Numbered from the stretch's first letter, positions 40,620 to 49,586 are shown. The stretch is 64,000 nucleotides of DNA from Bdellovibrionota bacterium (GCA_041907145.1 JAYRHW010000283.1:1304-65303); one strand, 5' to 3'. Made by a program: numbers and translations. Notes: generated from the letters alone by a model not told the origin.

Positions 40620-42112
40620 AATGTCTGAACGTCTTCGGAAACCGCCCTGTTCTCCGTCTTTCCGCGCTTGACCTTACCAACAAGATCATACCCAGCAACC
40701 TCGGTTATTTCAACCGGGACGAACTGTCCCGTGGGAACCTCGGCAAGATCGAACTCGGCATCGTTCATAATGACAATCCCGTCGACGTCGGGAGCCTGAA
40801 ATTCGGAACGTCCCGCAAGGAGCAGCTCAGTCTCATCGTGCTGCCCCTCCACGAGGACCGATAGCACCTGTCCTCGCAAGCCATCCAGCCGCCTCTCGTT
40901 TACCTCTTGTTGCGCGAGCATGATGCGCTCGCGGCGCTCCGCTTTAACTGACTCCTCAACCTGTTGCTTGAGGTCATGAGCCGGCGTTCCCAGCTCCGGC
41001 GAATAGGTGAATACGCCGACGGATGAGAAGTAGCCTTCGCGGACGAAGTTCTCTAGTTCTGCGATATCGCTATCGCTCTCACCGGGGAATCCGACAATAA
41101 ACGTGGTACGCAAAGCGATGCTAGGCTGCCGACTGCGAATAAACTCTGCAATTCTGCGCGGTGAATATCGGCCAAGCGGGCGCTTCATCTCTTTGAGCAC
41201 CGATTCGCTTGCGTGCTGCAGCGGCAAGTCCAGGTAATTACATACTCTCGGCAAGGCCACGATTGAGTCTAAGAGCTCCTCATCAACGCCGATGGGATAG
41301 GCATACAGAAGTCTAATCCAATCCACCGCCCTGCCTGCGTCAAGGGCCTTGAGCAGCGCAGCGAGATTTCCACCCTTATGGTCGCCGCCAAACGAGGTCA
41401 AATCCTGGGCAACCAGATTAATCTCCCTTACCCCCTGCTCTCCGAGGGCCGCTACCTCTCGCACCACCGAGTCGATGGAGCGGCTACGCATATTACCCCG
41501 GATTTTGGGAATAATGCAGAAGGTGCAGGGCCTATTGCATCCCTCAGAGACCTTCACAAAGGCGGTGTGTCGCTTGCTTGCCAAATAGCGCGGCGTGGAA
41601 TCGTCATATAAGAAGTACGGGCGGGCGGCCGAGGATAACGTATCTTCCAAAACACCCCCGGCGGCTTCCGCGACCCTCATTACATCCTGAGTGGTAATAA
41701 ATGCGTCGACTTCAGGAAGTTCGGCGCGCAAGTCACCGCGGTAGCGCTCGACGAGACAGCCGGCCACAACTAATTTTCGCAAGCGGCCTTGTGACTTGTA
41801 TTCGGCGACGTCGAGAATGCAATCGATGCTCTCCTGGATAGCGGACTCCAAAAATCCGCAGGTGTTGATGATAGCGACGTCCGCCTGAGAAACTTCGCTG
41901 ACGATTTCGTATCCGCTGCTCTTGAGAACACCCAGCATTACCTCGGAGTCCACCTGATTCTTCGCGCAACCCAGAGTGACAACCGCAGCGCGGCCACGAA
42001 ACGATTTGGGTTCGAGGGCGTAATCATGCGTGCGGACGTTCATACTCACCCCATCGGCGCAGCACGCGGCTCCCTCTGTTGATTCTCCGACGATGGATAG
42101 TCTGGATTTCAT
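40616..42112 (-). CDS. MiaB-family radical-SAM methylthiotransferase (RimO-like)
   Basis: MTTase N-domain (VVTLGCAKNQVDSE), radical SAM CNRPCTFC and a C-terminal TRAM domain. It has an N-terminal extension of about 50 aa. Confidence 0.8.
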   Translation of the reverse strand: MKSRLSIVGESTEGAACCADGVSMNVRTHDYALEPKSFRGRAAVVTLGCAKNQVDSEVMLGVLKSSGYEIVSEVSQADVAIINTCGFLESAIQESIDCILDVAEYKSQGRLRKLVVAGCLVERYRGDLRAELPEVDAFITTQDVMRVAEAAGGVLEDTLSSAARPYFLYDDSTPRYLASKRHTAFVKVSEGCNRPCTFCIIPKIRGNMRSRSIDSVVREVAALGEQGVREINLVAQDLTSFGGDHKGGNLAALLKALDAGRAVDWIRLLYAYPIGVDEELLDSIVALPRVCNYLDLPLQHASESVLKEMKRPLGRYSPRRIAEFIRSRQPSIALRTTFIVGFPGESDSDIAELENFVREGYFSSVGVFTYSPELGTPAHDLKQQVEESVKAERRERIMLAQQEVNERRLDGLRGQVLSVLVEGQHDETELLLAGRSEFQAPDVDGIVIMNDAEFDLAEVPTGQFVPVEITEVAGYDLVGKVKRGKTENRAVSEDVQTL

Positions 42113-42116
42113 ACGA

Positions 42117-42830
42117 CTAGGCTCCGGGGTTCTTGCGGCGATCGTTTATATCTCCGCCCTTGGGAAAGCTGGCGGCAAAAGTATCCTCCGGAACTTTGAC
42201 ATTAACGGAGAGTCCCGAAAGCAAAATCGAGGTGGTATTGCCTCCTACATCGGTCACGGCGGCGCCGCGGGGATAGAAGTCGTCGCCGACGAGAAGCTTA
42301 AAGGCTTTGAGGGAGCTGGAGGGCGTCGACTGGGCTGTCTGTCCAGGGGCAAACTCCAGGATAGTGCCAACAGCACCAGGGCAAGCTCTCAGTAAATTGA
42401 AATCTCTGCTGAGGTTCCCTAGCCCCATTAGAAAGGCTACCGGTAAGTCTGATATAACTCGGTCTTTGAAATCGTCGATAACCAGCTGATTTTCACTCTT
42501 TTGGTAGTACCACAGAGTTCCATCACGAACGAGAAACGTTTGCTCCTCCGGGGATAGATACAACCACTTCATCTTCCCAGGTCTAGTAAACCAGACGGTG
42601 CCAGAACTCATTTCAGATATTTCCAGCGCCGAAACAAAGGAGTCTTGGGAAAACGAGGCACTCAGTGAAGCGACCTTGCTGTAGGCCTCCTGGACGTGTT
42701 GAACCACCTCCCGTCCCTTAGCTACGGCAAGCGCCTTGCCGCCGGAACAGGAGAAGTCTCCTTGCTCAGCCATGAGGCTCGCGGGAGCAACGACAAATAG
42801 AAGAAATGGAAGAATTCCGACCCAACGCAT
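42117..42830 (-). CDS. lolA: outer-membrane lipoprotein carrier protein LolA
   Basis: 237 aa with a signal peptide and a LolA-like beta-barrel pattern. It conserves the ftsK-lolA neighbourhood seen in E. coli. Confidence 0.6.
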   Translation of the reverse strand: MRWVGILPFLLFVVAPASLMAEQGDFSCSGGKALAVAKGREVVQHVQEAYSKVASLSASFSQDSFVSALEISEMSSGTVWFTRPGKMKWLYLSPEEQTFLVRDGTLWYYQKSENQLVIDDFKDRVISDLPVAFLMGLGNLSRDFNLLRACPGAVGTILEFAPGQTAQSTPSSSLKAFKLLVGDDFYPRGAAVTDVGGNTTSILLSGLSVNVKVPEDTFAASFPKGGDINDRRKNPGA

Positions 42831-42972
42831 AAGGGAGGGATAATAAGCTAGTTCAGATACTTAGGCAAACTGGCTGCTTTTATCTTAATCCTATGGAGAG
42901 CTTGTCAGGCCTTCGCCTCCTACCGGTCCGCGGAATGGTTGGCGTCTCGAAGTGCCGAAGATTTTAGCGAGA

Positions 42973-43117
42973 GGATGGGTGCAGGGGCTAGGCCCTTGCC
43001 CGTCTTCGGAATCTTGGCGCAGCCAAGTATCGAAATATTAAATATTAACGGTGGGATGGGGTGCAGGGGCTAGGCCCTTGCCCGTCTTCGGAATCTTGGC
43101 GCAGCCAAGTTCCGAAA
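42973..43117. repeat. tandem direct repeat of two units of about 63 bp, each carrying two short perfect palindromes
   Basis: Unit A 42973-43035 and unit B 43053-43117 are about 95% identical: gatggg(g)tGCAGGGGCtagGCCCTTGCccgtcttcggaatCTTGGCgcaGCCAAGt..cgaaa. They are separated by an AT-rich 17-bp spacer (period about 81 bp). Confidence 0.7.
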
Positions 43118-43120
43118 GGT

Positions 43121-43173
43121 AAAATAAAGCGCGGCGGCTTCCTCGTGTCTCCACTAAGAATGCCGCCGCGCGC
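43121..43173 (-). terminator. strong terminator-like hairpin (10-bp all-GC stem) followed on the minus strand by a U-rich run
   Basis: GCGCGGCGGC (43129-43138) pairs perfectly with GCCGCCGCGC (43162-43171) over a 23-nt loop. On the minus strand it is followed by UUUAUUUU (fwd aaaataaa 43121-43128). Confidence 0.45.
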
Positions 43174-44155
43174 ATGGCAGAAAGTTAAGTCCCTCGAGAG
43201 ACGAAACTTTTGTCTTTAAGCTCCAAGCGCTCTTGCGATGGTGTCCTACTCCCGGGTTAGCGAAAGTCGGTCCTGTCTGAGAGCACTGACCGTTAGGCCA
43301 GTCGAAGCTTGGATACCTGAGTAAAGATCTCCAATGGTAGACTAATCACCCCCTGAGTTTAAACTGCAATGTTTTGAATATCGCAGCCTTTTCTGTCTGC
43401 AGCTTTCGTTCAAAGTGGCTTTGCCTGTTTTCACAGTACCTACTTTCGCAGGTTTTTCCACCAAGACCTTCCTCCCTTTCGGGATTCGCTGTCATCAGTT
43501 TTGCTAATTGCGGATACTCCTGTTTCCAGTTTCACCGTTTACAGCTTTTCTCAGATCCTCCACCGAACCCTTTCGGGTTGATAGAAGCGAGGGCTTTGCT
43601 CCATCGATACCGCGACAAAGCCGAAGCCTTGTTTCGCGCTATCTGACGATCTCCGCTGGTCGCCCAACGAAGCCCTTTCCATGAGAGTCGGTCACCCAAA
43701 ACAATGGATTCCAAGACGTCAAACTGAAAGCAAGCGAACGAAAAATCGGTTTCCCGTCTATCGCAGCCTCCCCTCATCTCCTTCACTGGCGAACCAGAGA
43801 GATCAACGATGAACAGACAAGGCCTTCACTTCTCTACGTCTCAGAGAGCCACCGCTCTCTTCACTCTGACTCTTAAGTACCTTCGCCTCGCGGCAAGATC
43901 AATAAAAAACGGGAACTGAATTGGAAATTTCTCAAGATGTTGAATCTTTCTTTCTTCGATCCATGACGAGCGAGTTATCCACAATGTTGGAAAAATTTTT
44001 ATCTTAGTGGTCAGACACATCAAACAACTTCAACACACTTGAAGGTGTTACTCAGCCCGCACCAGGCCACTATTCATACGACGTTCCATTTTTTGAGCGC
44101 TTCGGCAGACTAGCTGGCGCCCGGAGATGAGTGCTGCTCTAACCAGCTAATACCA
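43174..44155. other. about 1-kb ORF-poor non-coding segment downstream of ftsK; candidate structured ncRNA or degenerate element, identity unknown
   Basis: No ORF of 60 aa or more has a credible start or composition on either strand. The segment is AT-richer than flanking genes. It has several short GC stems closed by UUCG-type tetraloops (ccctttcggg at two places) and mutually exclusive stem options near 43590-43650. Confidence 0.3.
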
Positions 44156-46813
44156 CTAGGCCTCGGGCTCGTGGGTCGGGACGATAACCTCCCTGGGCTT
44201 TGCGCCGTCCATGGGCCCAACCAAGCCATCCTTTTCCATCATATCGATGATGCGCGCAGCACGATTGTATCCTATCCGAAACGCTCGCTGCAGCATTGAG
44301 GTGGAGGCCTGCCCCTTCTGAAGCACTAACTCTACAGCACGGTCGTAAATAGCATCGTACTCACCCTCATCGTTGAGAAGATCTTTGGTCTCGCTGTTCT
44401 CGTCCTCCTCCAGCACCTTCTTGCACATCTCAAGAATCCGCTCGTCGTATTGAGGCTTGCAGCGTTTCTTAACCGCCTCGACGACATTCTTCACCTCAGC
44501 GTCAGAAACGAAGGCACCATGAATGCGGCGAAGTGCCTCTGCGCCCGGCAACATGAACAGCATGTCGCCCCGACCGAGCAACTTATCTGCCCCCATCTGA
44601 TCGAGAATGGTCCGAGAATCAACCCGCGCCGTCACACGGAACGAAAGACGGGCTGGGAAATTGGCCTTAATGAGCCCGGTGATTACATCGACGGATGGTC
44701 TCTGCGTTGCGATAATCAGGTGAATCCCAGCAGCTCGGGCTTTCTGAGCCAGTCGAGTGATGAGCTCCTCGATATCTCTGCCAACTGTAAGCATCAGATC
44801 AGCGAGTTCGTCAATCACAATGACGATTTTCGGCAGCGGCTCAAGCACCTCGGCGACAATCGGCTCCGCCTCCTGCGAACCTTCCTCGCTCTCGTTAATC
44901 CCCGCAGGCTCGGCATTTGGCGCCGCAACGGTCCCGGATTGGACGACGTCTTCCTCTGCAAGCTGTATGACACCTTCGGCGGCGCCAACGGGGGACTTCT
45001 CCTTCTCTCCGCGCACAAGAGCATTGTAGCCATCGATATTACGCACCCCGAATCGCTGCATCATGCGATAGCGCCGATTCATTTCATTCGCCGCCCACTG
45101 CAAGACGCCCTTGGCCTGCTTTGGATCGGTCACGACCGGAACACGAAGATGCGGAATATCCTCATACACACTCAATTCCAGGATCTTCGGATCTATAAGG
45201 ATCAACCCCAGTTCCTCAGGACGAGCGCGATACAACAAGCTCACGAGAAGCGCGTTGATACAAACGGACTTGCCGGTGCCGGTCGCGCCGGCCATGAGTA
45301 GATGCGGCATAGTAGCGATGTCAGCGACCACTGGATCGCCGTACGTATCCTTGCCGACGGGAACGGTTAATATCGACTCGGCGTTCACAAACGCCTCGCT
45401 CTCCAAGACATCACGGAGTCGAACTATATCGCGATGCTTGTTGGGTACCTCGATACCCACCGTTCCCCGTTTAGGGATCGGGGCGATAATTCGGAGCGAG
45501 CTTGCGCGCAAACTCATGGCCAAATCATCTTGCAACGCTGCAATTTTCCCGACTTTCACCCCAGGAGCGGGCTCGAACTCGAATAGGGTAATGACCGGAC
45601 CTGGATGAACGTGGGTAACTTTGCCAAAAATTCCAAAATCTTTGAGCTTATTCTCGATTTGGCGCGACTTATCCCGCAATTCATCGTCATTCTCGCCGCC
45701 GACGCTCGGCTCCCCAGGACTCAACAAGCTAACATCGGGCAACTCGTAATCTGGAAAAAGCTTCGGCACATAGACCTCCCGCTCCTCCTCTTCCTTTTCC
45801 TTGCGGCGCTTACGAGCCGCCTGCGCTGCCTTGGCTCGCTCCTCGGCGTCCCGGCGCTTTACTACAACACGGGAGTAGTCCTCTCCGAGATCTTCGGCGG
45901 GAGAATCATCGTCAAGCTCCGATAGATCTTGAGTGCTCGGGGTAGGATCATCGTCATCATCCGACAAGGTCTCAACCTGTTCATCAAGAGCAGTGCTGTT
46001 CTTGCGCAAGCGAGGACGCGGCAGCTTCCATTCCCTCTCCTCCTCATCCGGTGAGGATTTCGAAGTCTTGGAGCCCTGAGTTGAAGACTTTTGCTGCGGC
46101 AGTTGTTCTAATGAATGGAGAAAGAAAACCGCTGCTCGCCGGGCGGTCCACACCGCTAGGCGGGGAAGTCCAATGAAGAGCGCATATAACGTGGCGCGAG
46201 AAAATCGCTGGAACCCCTCGAATAAGCTCGCAACGGACTGCCGCGTTGCGATCGCAAAGCACAAAACGAATAATGCTCCGGTAATCAGGCTGGCTCCGGC
46301 CGTGCTAAAAAGTCGAACGAGTGGTCGAGCAATCAGCCCGCCGACGCTGCCCCCGCCCGAAACTCCCCAAAAAACGGCTGCTAGCGCACACGAGAAAATC
46401 AGAATACCCAGCAAGCCACACAACATCAGCAGTTTGGGCGTTTTGCCGTAATCTTCAAGTAGATCTTCGGTATTCCAAAAATATCGGGACAGGATGAGTG
46501 CCCAGGCCACGGGTACGAACGCGCACCAACCCATGAACCCGGACAGCATCGTTCCCACGAAATGCCCAACTGGTCCGAATGGGTTTTGCAACAGTCTTAC
46601 ATCTGACACATCGAGACCGAAGAGCTGCCCACGCTCGGCCTGGAAGGATAGGAAGCTCACGAGAATGAAAACTGAAAAGGCAAAAAAGACGACGGCGAGA
46701 GCCTCATTAGCCCACTCTATCGATGCGGAGAAATTACGCCCCTTAGCGGAAGTGCCGCCTGACTTTTTACGCGGGAGCCCGCGACGTTTCGTGGCAGTGT
46801 TTGTCATGCCCAT
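44156..46813 (-). CDS. ftsK: DNA translocase FtsK
   Basis: 885 aa with N-terminal TM segments, a Pro/acidic linker, a RecA-like motor (LLMAGATGTGKS) and a C-terminal gamma/KOPS-binding domain (QRAFRIGYNRAARIIDMME). Confidence 0.9.
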   Translation of the reverse strand: MGMTNTATKRRGLPRKKSGGTSAKGRNFSASIEWANEALAVVFFAFSVFILVSFLSFQAERGQLFGLDVSDVRLLQNPFGPVGHFVGTMLSGFMGWCAFVPVAWALILSRYFWNTEDLLEDYGKTPKLLMLCGLLGILIFSCALAAVFWGVSGGGSVGGLIARPLVRLFSTAGASLITGALFVLCFAIATRQSVASLFEGFQRFSRATLYALFIGLPRLAVWTARRAAVFFLHSLEQLPQQKSSTQGSKTSKSSPDEEEREWKLPRPRLRKNSTALDEQVETLSDDDDDPTPSTQDLSELDDDSPAEDLGEDYSRVVVKRRDAEERAKAAQAARKRRKEKEEEEREVYVPKLFPDYELPDVSLLSPGEPSVGGENDDELRDKSRQIENKLKDFGIFGKVTHVHPGPVITLFEFEPAPGVKVGKIAALQDDLAMSLRASSLRIIAPIPKRGTVGIEVPNKHRDIVRLRDVLESEAFVNAESILTVPVGKDTYGDPVVADIATMPHLLMAGATGTGKSVCINALLVSLLYRARPEELGLILIDPKILELSVYEDIPHLRVPVVTDPKQAKGVLQWAANEMNRRYRMMQRFGVRNIDGYNALVRGEKEKSPVGAAEGVIQLAEEDVVQSGTVAAPNAEPAGINESEEGSQEAEPIVAEVLEPLPKIVIVIDELADLMLTVGRDIEELITRLAQKARAAGIHLIIATQRPSVDVITGLIKANFPARLSFRVTARVDSRTILDQMGADKLLGRGDMLFMLPGAEALRRIHGAFVSDAEVKNVVEAVKKRCKPQYDERILEMCKKVLEEDENSETKDLLNDEGEYDAIYDRAVELVLQKGQASTSMLQRAFRIGYNRAARIIDMMEKDGLVGPMDGAKPREVIVPTHEPEA

Positions 46814-46935
46814 TACAACCCTTTAAGACAACCTACCCCTCTCAACAGAGCGGGCAGCAGCAATCCAAATCAGTGTTTTATGATAGCCAAGGACGGGGGT
46901 TTGCGAAACGGGCAAAATACGATCGCCAGTGCGGT

Positions 46936-47604
46936 TTAACCTTGGGGCTTGCCGCCTGAAAACTGCTCAATACGCCGCGAGGACAGCTGACTCAGGGCGG
47001 ATCGAAACCCATCAGCCAGCAGGTCCTGAGCGCTGCGCCAACCAACCCCGGCCTCCGAACTGAAACGCTGCCGAGCCTTGAAGAGATTCTGGCTAAGAAA
47101 TTCATCTTGGAAGTGGTAGCTGGCCGTCCAGACCGTCTTGCCATCACTGCTGCGCAACAATCGCATGGAAAAGTCGACGCCTGCCGGCTGAGTGGCTCCC
47201 ACCGCAGATCCCTGGCGCTCCGTGTACCGCAAAATGGTAGTCCGCAGCACAGCGTCTCCCCCGAACTGCCTGGCCACAGCACGCGCAGAGTCGTCACTTG
47301 TAGCTTTGGAGGCTGCAACTCTTGCCGACTCAGCATCAATCAATTGCACATCCATCTGCTCGCGAGCCGCCTGTTCAAGCTGCGCTAGAATTCGATTCTG
47401 ACCGCCTGATGCGGAGCGCGCCCGCGGGTCGAATATTGGAGCTGCAATAAGAATACTGTTAATGCCGAGCAACTCACGTGGCGTCTCAGACTCGGCAATC
47501 AAGGCCGGAGTCGTAATTGCAGGAGAAAGCGAAGGTTGCGATCCTTGCCCGCATCCGCCCAGGAATCCCAAGCAAAAGGCAATAAAAATATGTTCTCTTT
47601 TCAA
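46936..47604 (-). CDS. hypothetical lipoprotein
   Basis: 222 aa with a lipobox (FLGGCG). The apparent start is TTG, with a GGAG SD 7 nt upstream. No ATG is available downstream of the in-frame stop. Confidence 0.5.
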   Translation of the reverse strand: MKREHIFIAFCLGFLGGCGQGSQPSLSPAITTPALIAESETPRELLGINSILIAAPIFDPRARSASGGQNRILAQLEQAAREQMDVQLIDAESARVAASKATSDDSARAVARQFGGDAVLRTTILRYTERQGSAVGATQPAGVDFSMRLLRSSDGKTVWTASYHFQDEFLSQNLFKARQRFSSEAGVGWRSAQDLLADGFRSALSQLSSRRIEQFSGGKPQG

Positions 47605-47865
47605 ACCGTTACTCCAAGATTTGGACGTGCCACGTCAATCAGGGAAAGCGCCACAAGTATTCCCCAACCAAGACCAATGTACAATCATTATCGATCGGTC
47701 TATCTGTCCTGTTTTAATCTTGATTTTCGCTCATCGAATCGCTTTACTTTTTCGCTAGGTGTACGATAACAAATACACTCTCATTCTGCTCCTTCCGTCA
47801 CGGCAAATGGCACTGACGTGGAGAACCAGTAGAATTATCATATCGTTTCGCGGTTAGAGAATATC

Positions 47866-48240
47866 ATGAAGGCAGCTGAAAAAATCATCGACGCGCTTAC
47901 ACAACTCATGGAGGGCTACGCCGAGCTCCAGAGCTCTCTCGAAGAGGACTACGGGGTAACCGGCAAGGGCGCTGAGGAGGATAGCGAGGCAAACGCGGAG
48001 GTTGATGCAGCTCTGGTCACCGAAGTACGAGCAGCCGTGGAGTCAGTCATCGAAAACGAAGATTATAGCGCCGAAGAAGTGGCTGCTGTCATTTCCGCAG
48101 TAACTGACGCGTTGCAGGAAATCGATCCGGATCTCTTCCAGGAGGAGAAGGAAGAGGAGGAGGAAGACGATGATATCGACTACGATGATGATGACGACGA
48201 GGACTTTGAGGAAGAAGACGATGACGATGACGACGAGTAG
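47866..48240 (+). CDS. small highly acidic protein with poly-D/E tail
   Basis: 124 aa. A helical N-terminal half is followed by [32 protein letters not shown]. It is divergently transcribed from the lipoprotein gene. Confidence 0.55.
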   Translation: MKAAEKIIDALTQLMEGYAELQSSLEEDYGVTGKGAEEDSEANAEVDAALVTEVRAAVESVIENEDYSAEEVAAVISAVTDALQEIDPDLFQEEKEEEEEDDDIDYDDDDDEDFEEEDDDDDDE

Positions 48241-48329
48241 CGACACCGTCACCTATCGTTCGATATACGCTCGTTTGTCTAAATTTCAGTTTTGCTAGGA
48301 TCCAGAATTTGCCCGGGAAGTCGTTAGGC

Positions 48330-49586
48330 CTATTCCGGCAAAAGTCGGTACTCTGCCCAGCTATCCATGGGGAATCTTTCAACAGCGCGCTCAATATCCT
48401 TGCGCGAAGTTTGCTTGATGGTGGCAATAGTATCGGCAAGACTATGAACGGCCTGCCGATAGTTCCACTCCATCCCCAGCGCCATTAGTCGGCCCATCGG
48501 AAGCTCTCCGCTCAAAGCGATCTTGGCGCAAAGCTTGGCCTTTGCCCGCTCCAGGTCCGCCCCCGAGAATTCTAGCGGCGAGCGAATTATGCCCTCGACT
48601 ATACGAGCGACCTCCGGAAGCTTTTGCGGTGATGTACTGGCATACGCCAAATAACAGCCAGTCCCGTCCCTCTCGTCATTATCTGCTCCGGCATCTTCCG
48701 CAATGCCCTTGTCAACCAACTCCCAGTAGAGACGTGAGCCTGTTGAATCCCCCATCATCATGGAGAGCAGGGACATGGGATAGCGCTCCGGATCTTGCGC
48801 CGAAGCCCCCTCGCACATAAAAAGCACGTGCGACTGGGTGAGATTCTTCTTCTTAAGCTCCTTGCGCACGGGTTTGCCGCGATGTGGGCCGACATTTCTC
48901 TCAGCTTTGAACTGCTTCCAACCAGAGGTCTCCGCCTCTGCTCTACTGACAAACGCATTCCAATCGAAATTTCCCGTGCCCACCAGAACCATATTCGAAG
49001 GGGTGTATCGTCGGTCGAAATAATCCTTCATTTCATCGCGCTTTAACGCGCTGATGGACGCCGTCGACCCCAACACCGAATTACCGGCCGTGTGGCCTGA
49101 GTAAAAATCGGCCATGGCGTGTTCAAAAAGGTAAAAGTGGGGTCGGTCCTGATACAGTGCGATCTCCTCGAGAATTACCTTTTTCTCCATATCGTACTCG
49201 GCCGGATCCAGGGCCGGGCGTAGCATGTCCGAGAGCAATGATTGCATCTGCGCGAAGTACTCTGGGATCACCTGTGCATAGAAGACAGTATTTTCCTCCG
49301 AGGTGAATGCGTTTGCCTGGGCGCCGATATTGCCTAGCTCGTAGGTAATGTCGAGCGCGCTGCGCGTCGCAGTCCCCTTGAACATCATATGCTCTAAGAA
49401 ATGCGATACTCCGGCTTCCTTTCCAACTTCGTCCCGCGCCCCCGTCCTAACGAAGTAACCCACCGCGGTGCTTAATGCCTCAGCCCGTGGCTCGCCGAGA
49501 ACAGTGAGTCCGTTCTTAAGCACTGTCTTTCGAAACTTAGCGTCGCTCATGAAAACTCCTGCTCGCTGACTATGGGACGGAAGCAA
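48330..49586 (-). CDS. M16-family zinc peptidase (catalytically competent subunit)
   Basis: Carries the inverted zinc-binding motif HFLEHMMFKGT (HxxEH). Confidence 0.8.
   Translation of the reverse strand: MLPSHSQRAGVFMSDAKFRKTVLKNGLTVLGEPRAEALSTAVGYFVRTGARDEVGKEAGVSHFLEHMMFKGTATRSALDITYELGNIGAQANAFTSEENTVFYAQVIPEYFAQMQSLLSDMLRPALDPAEYDMEKKVILEEIALYQDRPHFYLFEHAMADFYSGHTAGNSVLGSTASISALKRDEMKDYFDRRYTPSNMVLVGTGNFDWNAFVSRAEAETSGWKQFKAERNVGPHRGKPVRKELKKKNLTQSHVLFMCEGASAQDPERYPMSLLSMMMGDSTGSRLYWELVDKGIAEDAGADNDERDGTGCYLAYASTSPQKLPEVARIVEGIIRSPLEFSGADLERAKAKLCAKIALSGELPMGRLMALGMEWNYRQAVHSLADTIATIKQTSRKDIERAVERFPMDSWAEYRLLPE

Noticed and set aside
42973-43117. Possible CRISPR array
   Set aside because: There are only two repeat copies. 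The intervening 17 bp is AT-rich filler rather than a spacer, and there are no cas genes.
43255-43300. RNase P RNA P4-like motif (cgaaagtcgg versus GGAAAGUCCGG), and a B12-box-like GCCACTT on the minus strand
   Set aside because: These are single near-matches only. The other conserved RNase P or cobalamin-riboswitch elements are absent.
43374-44023. ORF-track calls inside the non-coding island (43374..43646 plus strand, 43532..43786 and 43841..44023 minus strand)
   Set aside because: They have low-complexity, Cys/Phe/Ser-rich or Arg-rich translations with no SD or start context and mutually overlap. They are most likely random ORFs in non-coding DNA.
44100-44156. tRNA-like sequence just downstream of the ftsK stop (TAGCTGGTTAGAGCAGC resembles a D-arm)
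   Set aside because: There is no T-loop (GGTTCGAATCC-type) and no acceptor-stem complementarity. The region folds instead as a single 7-8-bp hairpin tagctgg/ccagcta around a 25-nt loop, so it is not a tRNA.
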